A DNA stretch of 64,000 nt from positions 1-64,000 of the forward strand of contig CAXGUD010000007.1 of assembly GCA_964012805.1 (NCBI GenBank), given 5' to 3'. The position numbers and the translations under genes are program-made. Numbering within the stretch: position 1 is the stretch's first letter; every line of letters begins with the position of its first letter. The DNA is from an uncultured Bacteriovoracaceae bacterium (GTDB taxonomy: Bacteria; Bdellovibrionota; Bacteriovoracia; Bacteriovoracales; Bacteriovoracaceae). This document shows positions 20,502-30,303 of the stretch, one piece after another. The notes under the pieces were generated by a model, which ran no database searches, was not told the DNA's origin, and saw only the letters and a list, made by a program, of their open reading frames with translations.

Positions 20502-21311
20502 ATGGAATCAATCGATAAAACTTTAGGCTATCTCAGAGAAAATGGAAAAAAAGCTTTCGTGGCCTATATCACGGCGGGTGATCCTGATCTTGTTAAAACT
20601 GTTGATATTGTAGAAACAATCTCTCATGCAGGAGCGGACATTATTGAATTAGGAGTTCCTTTTTCAGATCCTTTAGCTGATGGTCCAACTAACCAAAAGG
20701 CAAGTGAAAGAGCTTTAAAGAAAGGATGCCATTTAGACGGAGTTTTAGAGAGTGTTTTAGAAATTAGAAAAAGGGGAATAAAAAAGCCAATAGTCCTTTT
20801 TTCCTATATGAATCCTCTTTTTAAATTTGGTTTTGAAAAACTCTCGAGAAGATGCCGAGAGGTAGGGGTAAATAGTATTCTCCCTGTCGATTTAACACCG
20901 GAATCATTTCTTGAAGAAGAAAAAGTATTTAAAGATTTTTTGGAAAAAGACAATATTTCCCCAGTTTTTTTAATGTCACCTACAACAAAGCCTTCTCGGT
21001 GGAAATTGATTGAAAAAGAAACAAAGGGTTTTGTTTACTATGTATCTAAGACAGGGACAACAGGAGTAACTGAGAAACTTTCCGAGGGACTATTGGAAAA
21101 ACTTAAAGATGTTAGAAAAGTTGTTAAGAAACCTTTAATTGTTGGGTTTGGTCTTTCAAAAGTTGATCAAGTTAAAACTCTTTCCCCTTATTGTGATGGT
21201 ATTATTGTTGGTAGTGCAATCGTTCGCGAAATTGAAATAGCAAAAAATTTTAAAGAAGCTAGAAAAAATATTTATTCATTGGTTTATAAGCTTAAAAATG
21301 CATTAGTTTAG
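20502..21311 (+). CDS. trpA: Tryptophan synthase alpha chain
   Basis: ELGVPFSDPLADGP; GTTG; VGFG. Confidence 0.97.
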   Translation: MESIDKTLGYLRENGKKAFVAYITAGDPDLVKTVDIVETISHAGADIIELGVPFSDPLADGPTNQKASERALKKGCHLDGVLESVLEIRKRGIKKPIVLFSYMNPLFKFGFEKLSRRCREVGVNSILPVDLTPESFLEEEKVFKDFLEKDNISPVFLMSPTTKPSRWKLIEKETKGFVYYVSKTGTTGVTEKLSEGLLEKLKDVRKVVKKPLIVGFGLSKVDQVKTLSPYCDGIIVGSAIVREIEIAKNFKEARKNIYSLVYKLKNALV

Positions 21312-21342
21312 AAAGATCATTATAAAAGAGAGGAGAATCATA

Positions 21343-22347
21343 ATGTTGATTTTAATGAAACCTGACTCGAGTCAAAAAGAAAGAGAAGCTGTTTGTCAAC
21401 ATATCGATAAACTAGGATTTAAGGCCCATCCAATACCTGGTGAGCATAGTTTTGCTATTGGAATTACTGGTAATGATGGACCGATTAAGGAACGTGAATT
21501 TCTTCCTTTAGGCGGAGTTGTTAAGTGTATACGAGTAACATCACCTTACAAATTAGCTGGTAGAAAATTTAACCCAAAGGGGACCAAAGTTAAGGTTGGT
21601 TCTGTTACTTTTGGTGAAGGTCATTTTGTCAATATTGCTGGCCCTTGCTCTATAGAAAGTGAAGAGCAGACCTTGAGAATTGCTCGCTCTGTAAAAAAAC
21701 ATGGCGCTGATGTTTTAAGAGGAGGAGCTTTTAAACCGAGAACATCGCCTTATAGTTTTCAGGGTTTGGGGCTCGATGGTCTTAAAATTTTAAAAGAGGC
21801 TTCTTTGGAGTTGGATATTCCTATCATTACTGAGGCCATAGATTTCGAAAGTCTGAAACTTGTAGCTGAGTATGCTGATATTATTCAAATAGGGGCCCGG
21901 AACATGCAAAATTTTCCTCTTCTTAAGGAAGTTGGGAGAACTAAGAAAGCCGTTGTTTTAAAAAGAGGACTTTCAGCTACATTAGAGGAGTGGTTGTCGT
22001 CTGCAGAATATATTATGCAAAATGGGAATGATCAGGTTATTTTATGTGAAAGAGGGATTCGTTCTTTTGATAAATATACTAGAAACCTTTTAGATCTTTC
22101 TGCTGTTCCCTCAATTAAAACTTTAAGCCACCTTCCAATCATTGTTGATCCAAGTCATGGCACGGGTAGGAAGGAACTGATCGCCCCTATGTCGAAAGGG
22201 TCTTTGGCTGTAGGTGCTCATGGGATTATGGTTGAAGTTCATGACAAACCAAGAGAAGCTTTGAGCGATGGTTATCAGGCCTTATTACCAGAAGAATTCG
22301 CTCATTTAAGTTCTGAAGTGCTGAAGATGAGTCAATCTCTAAATTAA
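21343..22347 (+). CDS. aroF: DAHP synthase class I-beta with N-terminal regulatory domain
   Basis: AGPCSIE, GGAFKPRTSPYSFQG and DPSH motifs. Confidence 0.95.
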   Translation: MLILMKPDSSQKEREAVCQHIDKLGFKAHPIPGEHSFAIGITGNDGPIKEREFLPLGGVVKCIRVTSPYKLAGRKFNPKGTKVKVGSVTFGEGHFVNIAGPCSIESEEQTLRIARSVKKHGADVLRGGAFKPRTSPYSFQGLGLDGLKILKEASLELDIPIITEAIDFESLKLVAEYADIIQIGARNMQNFPLLKEVGRTKKAVVLKRGLSATLEEWLSSAEYIMQNGNDQVILCERGIRSFDKYTRNLLDLSAVPSIKTLSHLPIIVDPSHGTGRKELIAPMSKGSLAVGAHGIMVEVHDKPREALSDGYQALLPEEFAHLSSEVLKMSQSLN

Positions 22348-22387
22348 ATGCAACCTAAAGAATGAGTAAGCTTTGAAGTTTTAGGGG

Positions 22388-22750
22388 CTAGAGAAGTTTA
22401 TTTAGTGTTTTTACAAGAGCGCGTCCAGAAATGGGTTTTTGTATCCACGCAATAACTCCTAGTTCCTTAGCTTGGCTTTTTTGTTCGGCACTACTCTCTG
22501 TTGTTACAATAAGGACAGGAACTTTTTGAAAATCGTCTTCTTGTCTAAGGATAGAAATCATTCTTAGTCCGTCCATCCCTGGCATATTCATATCAACTAA
22601 AATTGCATCGGCATCAAGATGTTGTTTACATAGTTTTACTCCATCTTCACCATTGATCGCTTCTATTACTGTATAGCTGTTTGCTTCGAGATCTCTTTTA
22701 ATTCTTGAACGGTAGGACTCTGAATCGTCCACGATGATAATTTTTTTCAC
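22388..22750 (-). CDS. CheY-like response regulator
   Basis: IVDDS, DMNMPGMDG and VTTES motifs. Confidence 0.9.
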   Translation of the reverse strand: MKKIIIVDDSESYRSRIKRDLEANSYTVIEAINGEDGVKLCKQHLDADAILVDMNMPGMDGLRMISILRQEDDFQKVPVLIVTTESSAEQKSQAKELGVIAWIQKPISGRALVKTLNKLL

Positions 22751-22804
22751 AGATACTTTTTCCTAGAAATTTATTACTAAACGATCCATGCTATCTTCAT
22801 TATA

Positions 22805-23311
22805 ATGAAAAAAAAGGAAAAAAGCATGAGACTTGATAAAAATGTTTCAGAAATAGTCCTGGCCTTTAGAAAGATTCTTGACAAAACATGGCCAGAAATT
22901 CAAGAGTTCAATCGCAAGGACGACACGGGGGCCATGCTAGGAGATTGGGGGCAGTCTTGTTGGGAAAGAACTGTAGAAAAGGTTTTGTTCCAAAATGGTG
23001 AAGGCGTTCTTCAGCCTTATGGGGAAGGTGGGAATGTTTATGATGTTCCTAGAATTAGCAACCCTGAAAAAAAAGAAACACACCAGGTCCTCTGTATAGG
23101 AAAAAAGAAAAGTGTTGGGGATGTTTTTGGAAAGGAAAAGCTAGAAGTAACTGAAAAAAACCCTCTTGTTTTTGAGCAGTTCGTGACAATGAAAGATAAT
23201 TTTTACTATGCAGAGCATCCTTTTGACTACTGTCTTTTAAAAAATGGCGATAAGGAAAGAGTTATAAAAGTTGTAGAGCTTGATTTTTATTTGGATCAAA
23301 AAGATTCTTAA
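22805..23311 (+). CDS. Hypothetical protein
   Basis: 168-aa ORF with protein-like composition; convergent 50-nt overlap with the ROK gene. Confidence 0.7.
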   Translation: MKKKEKSMRLDKNVSEIVLAFRKILDKTWPEIQEFNRKDDTGAMLGDWGQSCWERTVEKVLFQNGEGVLQPYGEGGNVYDVPRISNPEKKETHQVLCIGKKKSVGDVFGKEKLEVTEKNPLVFEQFVTMKDNFYYAEHPFDYCLLKNGDKERVIKVVELDFYLDQKDS

Positions 23312-24284
23312 CCAGAAAAGCGGCTCCAAAAACTCCAGCAGAGTCTCCAAGATTATGCTTATAAACTTTGGGCGATGATTCCGGAACAAAGGACTTTTTA
23401 ATTAGGTCTTCTTCTAGGCCTTTATAAAGAGATTGCTGTTTGCTAACCCCACCCCCTAAAACAAAATAATCGGGATCAAAAATATTTGTTAAATTGATAA
23501 GAAAAAGGGAAAGGTTCTTTTTGTAATTTGATACGATTTGATAGGAAGTTGAACTTTTATCTTTTGCTTTTTCAAAAATAGAGTCTCCGGAAATTTTGAT
23601 TTCTGAGAGAAAGCCTTGGGAAGTCTTCTTAAAGTCTTGAAGAAGAGCCGTTCCTGATAAATAAGCCTCTGCACACCCATTTAAGCCACAGAAACAGGGT
23701 CTCCCGTCAGTTCTTGAGCCTAGAGGCCCATGACCGACCTCAAGACCACCTCCTTTTCTGCCTCGGAAAAGCTTACCCCTGTTAATTAATCCTCCTCCAA
23801 CCCCAGTTCCAAGAATTATTCCAATACCTATTTGTTCTTCAATAGACCTACCTGTTTCTTTTTCATAAAGGAGTCCTGCTCCCGCTTTTGTTTCTGCAAG
23901 GATAAAGCAATTGGCATCATTTTCAATTATAATAGGGAGCGTTTCATTACCAAGGGCTTCTTGCAGGTCAGATTTGAGAGGTCGTCCTACAAAAAGAGAG
24001 GTGTTTCCATTTAGCATAAGCTGCGACTCTGGGTCCACAGTACCTGGCAGTCCAATTCCAACGCCTGAAAGAGACCTGTTCTTATGAGGGAGTTTTTGAC
24101 TTAGATCCTGAATTAGCTCCACAATACGATTTAAAACTAATGAGTAACCTTTTTCTCTTTTAGTAGGGGTTCTTTTACGTTCAATAACTTCAAATTCACC
24201 CCCTGGTTTTAATAAAATAAGGACGGCCTCTATTTTTGTGCCACCTACATCTATTCCCATAATAAATTGATATGACTTTACCAT
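23262..24284 (-). CDS. ROK-family sugar kinase
   Basis: GIDVGGTK, ENDAN, GTGVGGG and EVGH...CFCG..GCAE motifs. Confidence 0.93.
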   Translation of the reverse strand: MVKSYQFIMGIDVGGTKIEAVLILLKPGGEFEVIERKRTPTKREKGYSLVLNRIVELIQDLSQKLPHKNRSLSGVGIGLPGTVDPESQLMLNGNTSLFVGRPLKSDLQEALGNETLPIIIENDANCFILAETKAGAGLLYEKETGRSIEEQIGIGIILGTGVGGGLINRGKLFRGRKGGGLEVGHGPLGSRTDGRPCFCGLNGCAEAYLSGTALLQDFKKTSQGFLSEIKISGDSIFEKAKDKSSTSYQIVSNYKKNLSLFLINLTNIFDPDYFVLGGGVSKQQSLYKGLEEDLIKKSFVPESSPKVYKHNLGDSAGVFGAAFLVKNLFDPNKNQALQLL

Positions 24285-24353
24285 TGATCATGAAGCCTTG
24301 GATGAAAAAACTTTATAAATAAAAATGTGTATGTAAAAGCAGCTAGAAATGAA

Positions 24354-24839
24354 CTATCTATTTTTGGGTTTAGCATTGGCCCTATGGATTCGTGAGAGAT
24401 TTCTTCGCCTGGCATTTTGAACTTTTTCTAGAGCAAATACTTTTGGACTCCCACTTTTTTGAATAATTAGGGCATTAATATTTGGATACCCCTTTGAATC
24501 TATTATTTCGAAAAGTTGAAATGTAAAATCCGTTCTATTAAGCCTAAGAAAATAATTAAATCGTCCTTGGCGGCATGAAGGCATAACAAAAAGTCCTATC
24601 CCGTCAATACCACTTTTAGTTGAGATATGGTTTGTAAAGTAGGAGAGTCGAAAGCCTTCAGGGTCAACGCCAAGGGTTTTATTTAACTTAAAGTCATAGA
24701 GGATCTTTTCTTTTGAATCATGACTTGGATAGTCTTTGAGTTGCCATAGCCCCTCAAGGTTAAGCTTATCCAGGTTATATGATGCAAGAGAGGAAAATGA
24801 ATATAGAAAGCCAAGTAAGACGCAAAACATCTTTTTCAT
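24354..24839 (-). CDS. Secreted hypothetical protein
   Basis: Signal peptide; RBS GGAG. Confidence 0.65.
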   Translation of the reverse strand: MKKMFCVLLGFLYSFSSLASYNLDKLNLEGLWQLKDYPSHDSKEKILYDFKLNKTLGVDPEGFRLSYFTNHISTKSGIDGIGLFVMPSCRQGRFNYFLRLNRTDFTFQLFEIIDSKGYPNINALIIQKSGSPKVFALEKVQNARRRNLSRIHRANAKPKNR

Positions 24840-24925
24840 GCTACTTCTCCGTAGGTTTGACTAGTTGTAGAAGTATTGTCAGGACTTAGCAAGGAAAAAA
24901 CAAAACCTTGTTTACGGTTTTACCT

Positions 24926-27268
24926 TTAAAGATGCTTTTTAATTTCTTTAATAGAAATTGTTTCGCCTAAATGAATAAGCTTTCCTTGAGAAGTCTGGAT
25001 AAAGTAAGCAGGGAGTCCAAAAACACCTTGTTGTTTAAGCCAATTCCCAATTATTGGATCACGTTTTGTCCAGTCGGCAATGAGAGGTTTAATGCCTTTG
25101 TCTTGCATTAGTTTTTCAAACTCTTTGGTTTGAAGGACTAACTTTTCGTTGACGATACATGTAAAACACCACTTTGCTGTGAAATCTACAAAGACCGCTT
25201 GACCTTCTTTTTTGTAATAACTCATTTTCTCTGGTGCCCAAACTTCCCAATTCGATGGATGGTTGGTTGCTTTCTGAACGACCCTTGAAGATGCATTTAT
25301 ATCTTTAACGTCAAGTTGAATGCCGACCAAATAAAATAGAGATAGGAAAGGTATTATAATGAGAATTAAGCTTCCGAGCTTATTTAGCTTCATGTGTTTT
25401 AAAGAGTAGAAGGTAAAAAAGGTCAGTATAAGGGTTAGAATGAGGATTGTAGAGCTCATAGGAGTTGGTATAATTGTTTGGAAAACATCAAACAACCAAA
25501 GGCTTGTTAGAAGTAAGGAAAGGCCTAAGAACTTTTTGAAGTGCTCCATCCATGTGCCTGGTTTGGGCAGTACTTTAAGCATTGCTGGAAAAATACCGAC
25601 AAAAAGAAATGGTAAACTAAGCCCGAGCCCGACGGATAAAAATATAAGGAGGGTTACGGGAAATGAAGAGGTAAAAGCAAAGGTAAGCGCTACACCTAAA
25701 AACGGTGCACTACAAGGAGTTGACAAGATTGTCGCAAGAACACCAGAAATGAAGTCGCTTTTATACGAACTGTCTATGTCAATATTTCCAATAACTTTTC
25801 CACCAGGAGTTCTGATTTCATAGAGGCCGAATAGGTTTAAGGATAATATGAAAAGGAAAAGAATCATGATGGAAAGAAAAGAGGCAGATTGAAGGTGAAA
25901 GCCCCATCCAATTTGTTCTCCAGAGCTTTTCAGTATTAATACGATAAAAGAAAGAACAAGAAAGGAGAAAAGAATACCAGAAGAGTAAACAGCATTATGC
26001 TTCATTATGGAAAGCTGACCCATTTCTTTTTGTTTTAAAAGAGAAAAGAGTTTGAGAGAGATAACTGGAAAAACGCATGGCATGAAATTAAGGATAAAGC
26101 CCCCTAGTAAGGCAAAGAAAAAGGTTAAAAGAAGACCTTCTTTTTTAGGTTTACCAGCAACTTTTAAGTCCTGGACCTTGTCGCTTTTGATGTTTAGAGA
26201 AGGTGAGGATTTAAGGTTTTTTTCGACTTCTAATGATGAATTTTTTAAGGCCACCTCTTTTTCAGTTTGAGACCCTTCAGGCGAGAGAAGAAAGCCAGAA
26301 AAGCTCTTTTCAATAACCCCTACAGACCCTTTGCCATCATGGTAAAGAAAGCTTAAGCGGTAGGGTTTTTTAAAAGAACCATTTTTTGGAAAGTCGATCG
26401 GGGGGTCCATATACTCACCATCCCACTGAACTTTCATCTTTATTTGAGTTCCTTGACCTTTATTAATAATTTCTTCTTTATGAAAATCAAAAGGAGATTG
26501 TGGGAAAGGAGTTAGAATATTATTGTTTTTTGGAGCATCAAAGAGAGACGTCTTCCCACTTTCTTTTTGAAAATGGTAGGAGAGGTAGAGTTCGTTTGCA
26601 TTTTCCTTTTTGTGTAGATTAAGCACTAGGTTTTTGGGAAAGGGGACCTTTTTTGGAAGGTTAATGAAGGCCTTATTAATTTCTTTTGGGGAGACTGACA
26701 CCTTTTCAAAGTTTTTTGTGAGGTTTAAGTCATTGTCAAATCGCCCTTTGAAGGTATCTTGTCCAGGAATGCAAATTTCTTTGCAGACGAGCCATTTGGA
26801 TTTTATTGTAAGGCTTTTACCTTTCAGTGTTTTTATATCTTTATCAGCTAAAGGGAAGAAAAAAGTGTAGCGGCCTTCATAACCATAGGCCAACATATCT
26901 CCTTTCTCTATAAACCTTTGGGGGTAGGGCCACTCAAGTGGTTTAAGGTTTACTCTTTCTTTATTGGAAAAAAATTCAAAGGAAAGGGGAATTCCGGCAT
27001 CCCCGGGGTTCTTCCAGTATGTGTGCCATTTTTTCTCGTTTTGAAAGGTTAAAGCGAGGTATTTTTTTAGAGGATTTTCTTCATGTTGGAAGATATTTGC
27101 TGTAAAGGTAACGGGAGTTTCCCTATCTGACTTTAATTCCTTAAATTGGGCCAAAGTTTGTTTACTGACCATAACTAAGGTAAGAAGAAACCCTACAAAA
27201 ACAAACCTTCTAAGGAGCGTGGAAGAGTTAATATATTTTGCCATAATTAAGACCAATTGTTGTACCAA
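24926..27268 (-). CDS. dsbD: Thiol:disulfide interchange protein (DsbD/ScsB-like)
   Basis: WHTYWKNPGDAG, CKEIC, LNFMPCVFP, TPCSAP and thioredoxin WCFTC motifs. Confidence 0.9.
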   Translation of the reverse strand: MVQQLVLIMAKYINSSTLLRRFVFVGFLLTLVMVSKQTLAQFKELKSDRETPVTFTANIFQHEENPLKKYLALTFQNEKKWHTYWKNPGDAGIPLSFEFFSNKERVNLKPLEWPYPQRFIEKGDMLAYGYEGRYTFFFPLADKDIKTLKGKSLTIKSKWLVCKEICIPGQDTFKGRFDNDLNLTKNFEKVSVSPKEINKAFINLPKKVPFPKNLVLNLHKKENANELYLSYHFQKESGKTSLFDAPKNNNILTPFPQSPFDFHKEEIINKGQGTQIKMKVQWDGEYMDPPIDFPKNGSFKKPYRLSFLYHDGKGSVGVIEKSFSGFLLSPEGSQTEKEVALKNSSLEVEKNLKSSPSLNIKSDKVQDLKVAGKPKKEGLLLTFFFALLGGFILNFMPCVFPVISLKLFSLLKQKEMGQLSIMKHNAVYSSGILFSFLVLSFIVLILKSSGEQIGWGFHLQSASFLSIMILFLFILSLNLFGLYEIRTPGGKVIGNIDIDSSYKSDFISGVLATILSTPCSAPFLGVALTFAFTSSFPVTLLIFLSVGLGLSLPFLFVGIFPAMLKVLPKPGTWMEHFKKFLGLSLLLTSLWLFDVFQTIIPTPMSSTILILTLILTFFTFYSLKHMKLNKLGSLILIIIPFLSLFYLVGIQLDVKDINASSRVVQKATNHPSNWEVWAPEKMSYYKKEGQAVFVDFTAKWCFTCIVNEKLVLQTKEFEKLMQDKGIKPLIADWTKRDPIIGNWLKQQGVFGLPAYFIQTSQGKLIHLGETISIKEIKKHL

Positions 27269-27390
27269 ATACTATTAATATTATAACCCATTGTGAAAAA
27301 ACACTTTTGGGCAATTTATCAAAAGAGCTTTTTTTCATGTCCTCTCTACTACTCCTATCCTAGCCTCTCTATATTCAGAATTTCAATAAG

Positions 27391-29607
27391 TTATCCGGAA
27401 ACTAGATTTCTTTTACCTGATCCATATTTGATCCTTAGACTATTTAAAACAACACTCAAGCTGCTAAGTCCCATGGCGAGACTAGCAAAAAGAGGAGGAA
27501 AGCTCCAACCTAAAAAAGGTTGAAACAAGCCTGCGGCAAGGGGGATACAGAGAACGTTATAGATAAAAGATAAGAATAAATTCTGGCGAATAATCTTCAT
27601 CGTTCTTTTGGAGAGCTTTAGGAAAAGGAGGACTTTTTCAATATCTCCTTTGACGATGGTAATATCAGAAGCGCTTATGGCCAAATCTGTTCCTGTTCCC
27701 ATAGAGATAGAGACATCAGCTTGACTGAGGGCCGGTCCATCATTAATACCATCACCTACCATGATGACTTTAGAACCTTTCTCTTGAATCTCTTTGATAT
27801 GGCTTGCTTTTTCAAAGGGAGTGACTTTGGCCAAATAGTGATTGAGTTTTAACTCATTAGAAACCCATTGAGTCGTTTCTTCATTGTCTCCGCTCAGAAG
27901 AGAGACTTTAAGACCAAGGGCTTGAATGTGATGGATGGTTTCTTTAACTCCTTCTTTTAGCTGGTCCTTTAAAAGAAAGATGCCAATAATTTTTTTGTTT
28001 TTTGATACGAAAACCTTTGATGTATTACTTTCCAAATCTTTGCTACTGCCAGGGAGAGGAACTTTTTCTTCTTTAAGAAATGTTTCACTTCCTATGAGGA
28101 ATTGAGAATTATTGATCTCACCTTTAATACCCCGCCCTGGAATTACTTCAAACTTATCTGGGTCAGAGAAAGCTATTTTTTTATCTTTTAAAAAACTATG
28201 GATAGATTTTGAAAGAGGGTGTTCTGAATAACGACAAAGAGAATTTACTTCTTCTTCTGGAAAACCTTCTTTATCAACTAAATAAATAATGTCTTCAACA
28301 AGAGGCCTCCCCTCAGTAAGAGTTCCAGTTTTATCAAATATGATATGGTCAATGGAACTGGAAGCTTCAATAATATCCCCACCAGAAATTAAAATCCCCT
28401 GTCTTGATGCTTTGCCAGTGGACACAATAACTGCTGTCGGTGTGGCCAGACCTAAAGCACAGGGGCAGGCAATCACTAGGACTGCGATCATTTTTGAGAT
28501 AGCATCACTTAATGCATTTGCATTTGTTCCAAAATAAATCCATGAGACTAGAGTTACAAAAGAAATGATGAGGATAATGGGAACAAAGAAAGAGCTAATT
28601 TTATCGGCGTAACGCTGAATAGGGGCTTTTTTCAATTGGGCTTCTTCTACAAACTGAGAGAGTCTTGAAAGGAATGTTTCTTTGCCAACCTTGGTTGCCT
28701 TAAAATCAAGAACTCCATCAAGGTTTATTGTACCCGCGAAAACTTTTCCCTTTTTTTCTTTTAAAACAGGAATGGGTTCACCAGTCATGGACGATTCATC
28801 TATATGAGAAATTCCTCTAATAACTTTTCCATCGACAGGAATTTTATCCCCTGGTTTTACCCTCAGGGTTTGACCTTTTTGAACTTCATTTAGAGAGATA
28901 TGAGTTTCTTTATTATCTTCAAGAAGAAGAGCACTTTTGGATTGAAGTTTGAAAAGAGCATCCAAAGACTCCTTTGCTTTCTTTTTGGCTTTTTGCTCAA
29001 ACACTTTGCCTAAATAAACAAACGAAATAATGAAACCAACAGCTTCAAAGTAAATGGTAAAGGACTTAATAGGTTGATTTGATAAAAATGCAGATAGGGT
29101 AATTATAGTGCTGTACAGATATGCCACAGTTGTACCAAGCCCTATCAGTGTATTCATATTGGACTGACCGGACTTGATGAAGTGGAAAAGGGCCTTTTGA
29201 AAGGGAAGTCCTACATAAGCCCATATCGGAGTGCTTAGGAGGAGTTGAATGAGCCAAGACATTTTTAAGGAAACTAAATCTTTCCCTGGTCCCATGTGGA
29301 AAAAGAGAATTCCTAGAGAGAGGATAATAGAAAGAGTAAATGTTTTGAGGTCTTTGCTTTGTTCTTGAGTCCCACCTCCTTTGGAATTGTCATCAAGAGG
29401 AGCAAAGGTATGGCCCAACTCTAAGAGAGTTTCTTCTACAGCTTTTGTAACCTCCGGCCCTTCAGAATTCCCTTCGAAGGTTCCTATTTCTAGCGTAAAG
29501 TTAACAGTGGCAGATTGAATTCCCCGAACATTTTTAAACGACTTTTCAATATTTTGAGCACAATTAACACAGCTCATGCCGCCAATTTTATATGAAACTT
29601 TGGCCAT
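27391..29607 (-). CDS. copA: Copper-translocating P1B-type ATPase
   Basis: GMSCVNC, CPC, DKTGT, GDGIND, YN and MxxSS motifs. Confidence 0.93.
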   Translation of the reverse strand: MAKVSYKIGGMSCVNCAQNIEKSFKNVRGIQSATVNFTLEIGTFEGNSEGPEVTKAVEETLLELGHTFAPLDDNSKGGGTQEQSKDLKTFTLSIILSLGILFFHMGPGKDLVSLKMSWLIQLLLSTPIWAYVGLPFQKALFHFIKSGQSNMNTLIGLGTTVAYLYSTIITLSAFLSNQPIKSFTIYFEAVGFIISFVYLGKVFEQKAKKKAKESLDALFKLQSKSALLLEDNKETHISLNEVQKGQTLRVKPGDKIPVDGKVIRGISHIDESSMTGEPIPVLKEKKGKVFAGTINLDGVLDFKATKVGKETFLSRLSQFVEEAQLKKAPIQRYADKISSFFVPIILIISFVTLVSWIYFGTNANALSDAISKMIAVLVIACPCALGLATPTAVIVSTGKASRQGILISGGDIIEASSSIDHIIFDKTGTLTEGRPLVEDIIYLVDKEGFPEEEVNSLCRYSEHPLSKSIHSFLKDKKIAFSDPDKFEVIPGRGIKGEINNSQFLIGSETFLKEEKVPLPGSSKDLESNTSKVFVSKNKKIIGIFLLKDQLKEGVKETIHHIQALGLKVSLLSGDNEETTQWVSNELKLNHYLAKVTPFEKASHIKEIQEKGSKVIMVGDGINDGPALSQADVSISMGTGTDLAISASDITIVKGDIEKVLLFLKLSKRTMKIIRQNLFLSFIYNVLCIPLAAGLFQPFLGWSFPPLFASLAMGLSSLSVVLNSLRIKYGSGKRNLVSG

Positions 29608-29614
29608 AATTGAA

Positions 29615-29842
29615 TCAACTTATTTTAGTAACTTGAAAACCTGCTTCTTCTATTTGTTTTTTTATTTCAAGGCTTTCCCCATCAGCTGGGTCAAAGCTAA
29701 GAGATACAATTTTTTCTTCAACGCTAAAGGTGGCTTCAACATCAAAATCAAGCTCTTCAAACGAATCCTGAATTTTTTTGACGCAGCTTCCGCACTTCAT
29801 TCCTTCTACTGAGAAAATCAATTTTTTTTTCACGGTGGGCAA
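29615..29842 (-). CDS. copZ: HMA-domain copper chaperone
   Basis: GMKCGSC motif; adjacent to copA. Confidence 0.85.
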   Translation of the reverse strand: MPTVKKKLIFSVEGMKCGSCVKKIQDSFEELDFDVEATFSVEEKIVSLSFDPADGESLEIKKQIEEAGFQVTKIS

Positions 29843-29888
29843 TCCTTTGTGCTTTTCATTATTTAATTACGCACAAGGGGGATTCTCG

Positions 29889-30194
29889 TCAAGATGAAAG
29901 TTTGTTGTTACATGTAATTTTCTCTGCTTTAGAAGACTTTTTTTTACTATGGTTTGAAGCGTTATTATCCTTCATTTTGGCAAGGTCTGAAAGAGGACTT
30001 AATGGGATGCGGCACCCGAGTGCTTCGCATTGTTTCTCTATAAAGGGTTTAAGCTCTGGAGGGAGTTCTTTGCCAATTTCTGATATGCATGTCTCAAAAT
30101 CCTTATATGGACAGGCAAAAGTTTTAGAAGAAAAGACTAGTGTAAATAGAGGTAGCAAAATTAGTTTTTTTATAATTGACTGTTTCATCTTCAT
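29889..30194 (-). CDS. Small secreted Cys-containing protein
   Basis: Signal peptide ending TFA; 5 Cys in the mature part. Confidence 0.55.
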   Translation of the reverse strand: MKMKQSIIKKLILLPLFTLVFSSKTFACPYKDFETCISEIGKELPPELKPFIEKQCEALGCRIPLSPLSDLAKMKDNNASNHSKKKSSKAEKITCNNKLSS

Positions 30195-30303
30195 TTCCTT
30201 ATCTATTTATTTTCTTTTATCAAAAAAACTTTGACTTTTATTTTATTAAAAAGAAGTCTACAGGAAATGATAATACAAAGATGAGATCCTTAACAAGACA
30301 CTT

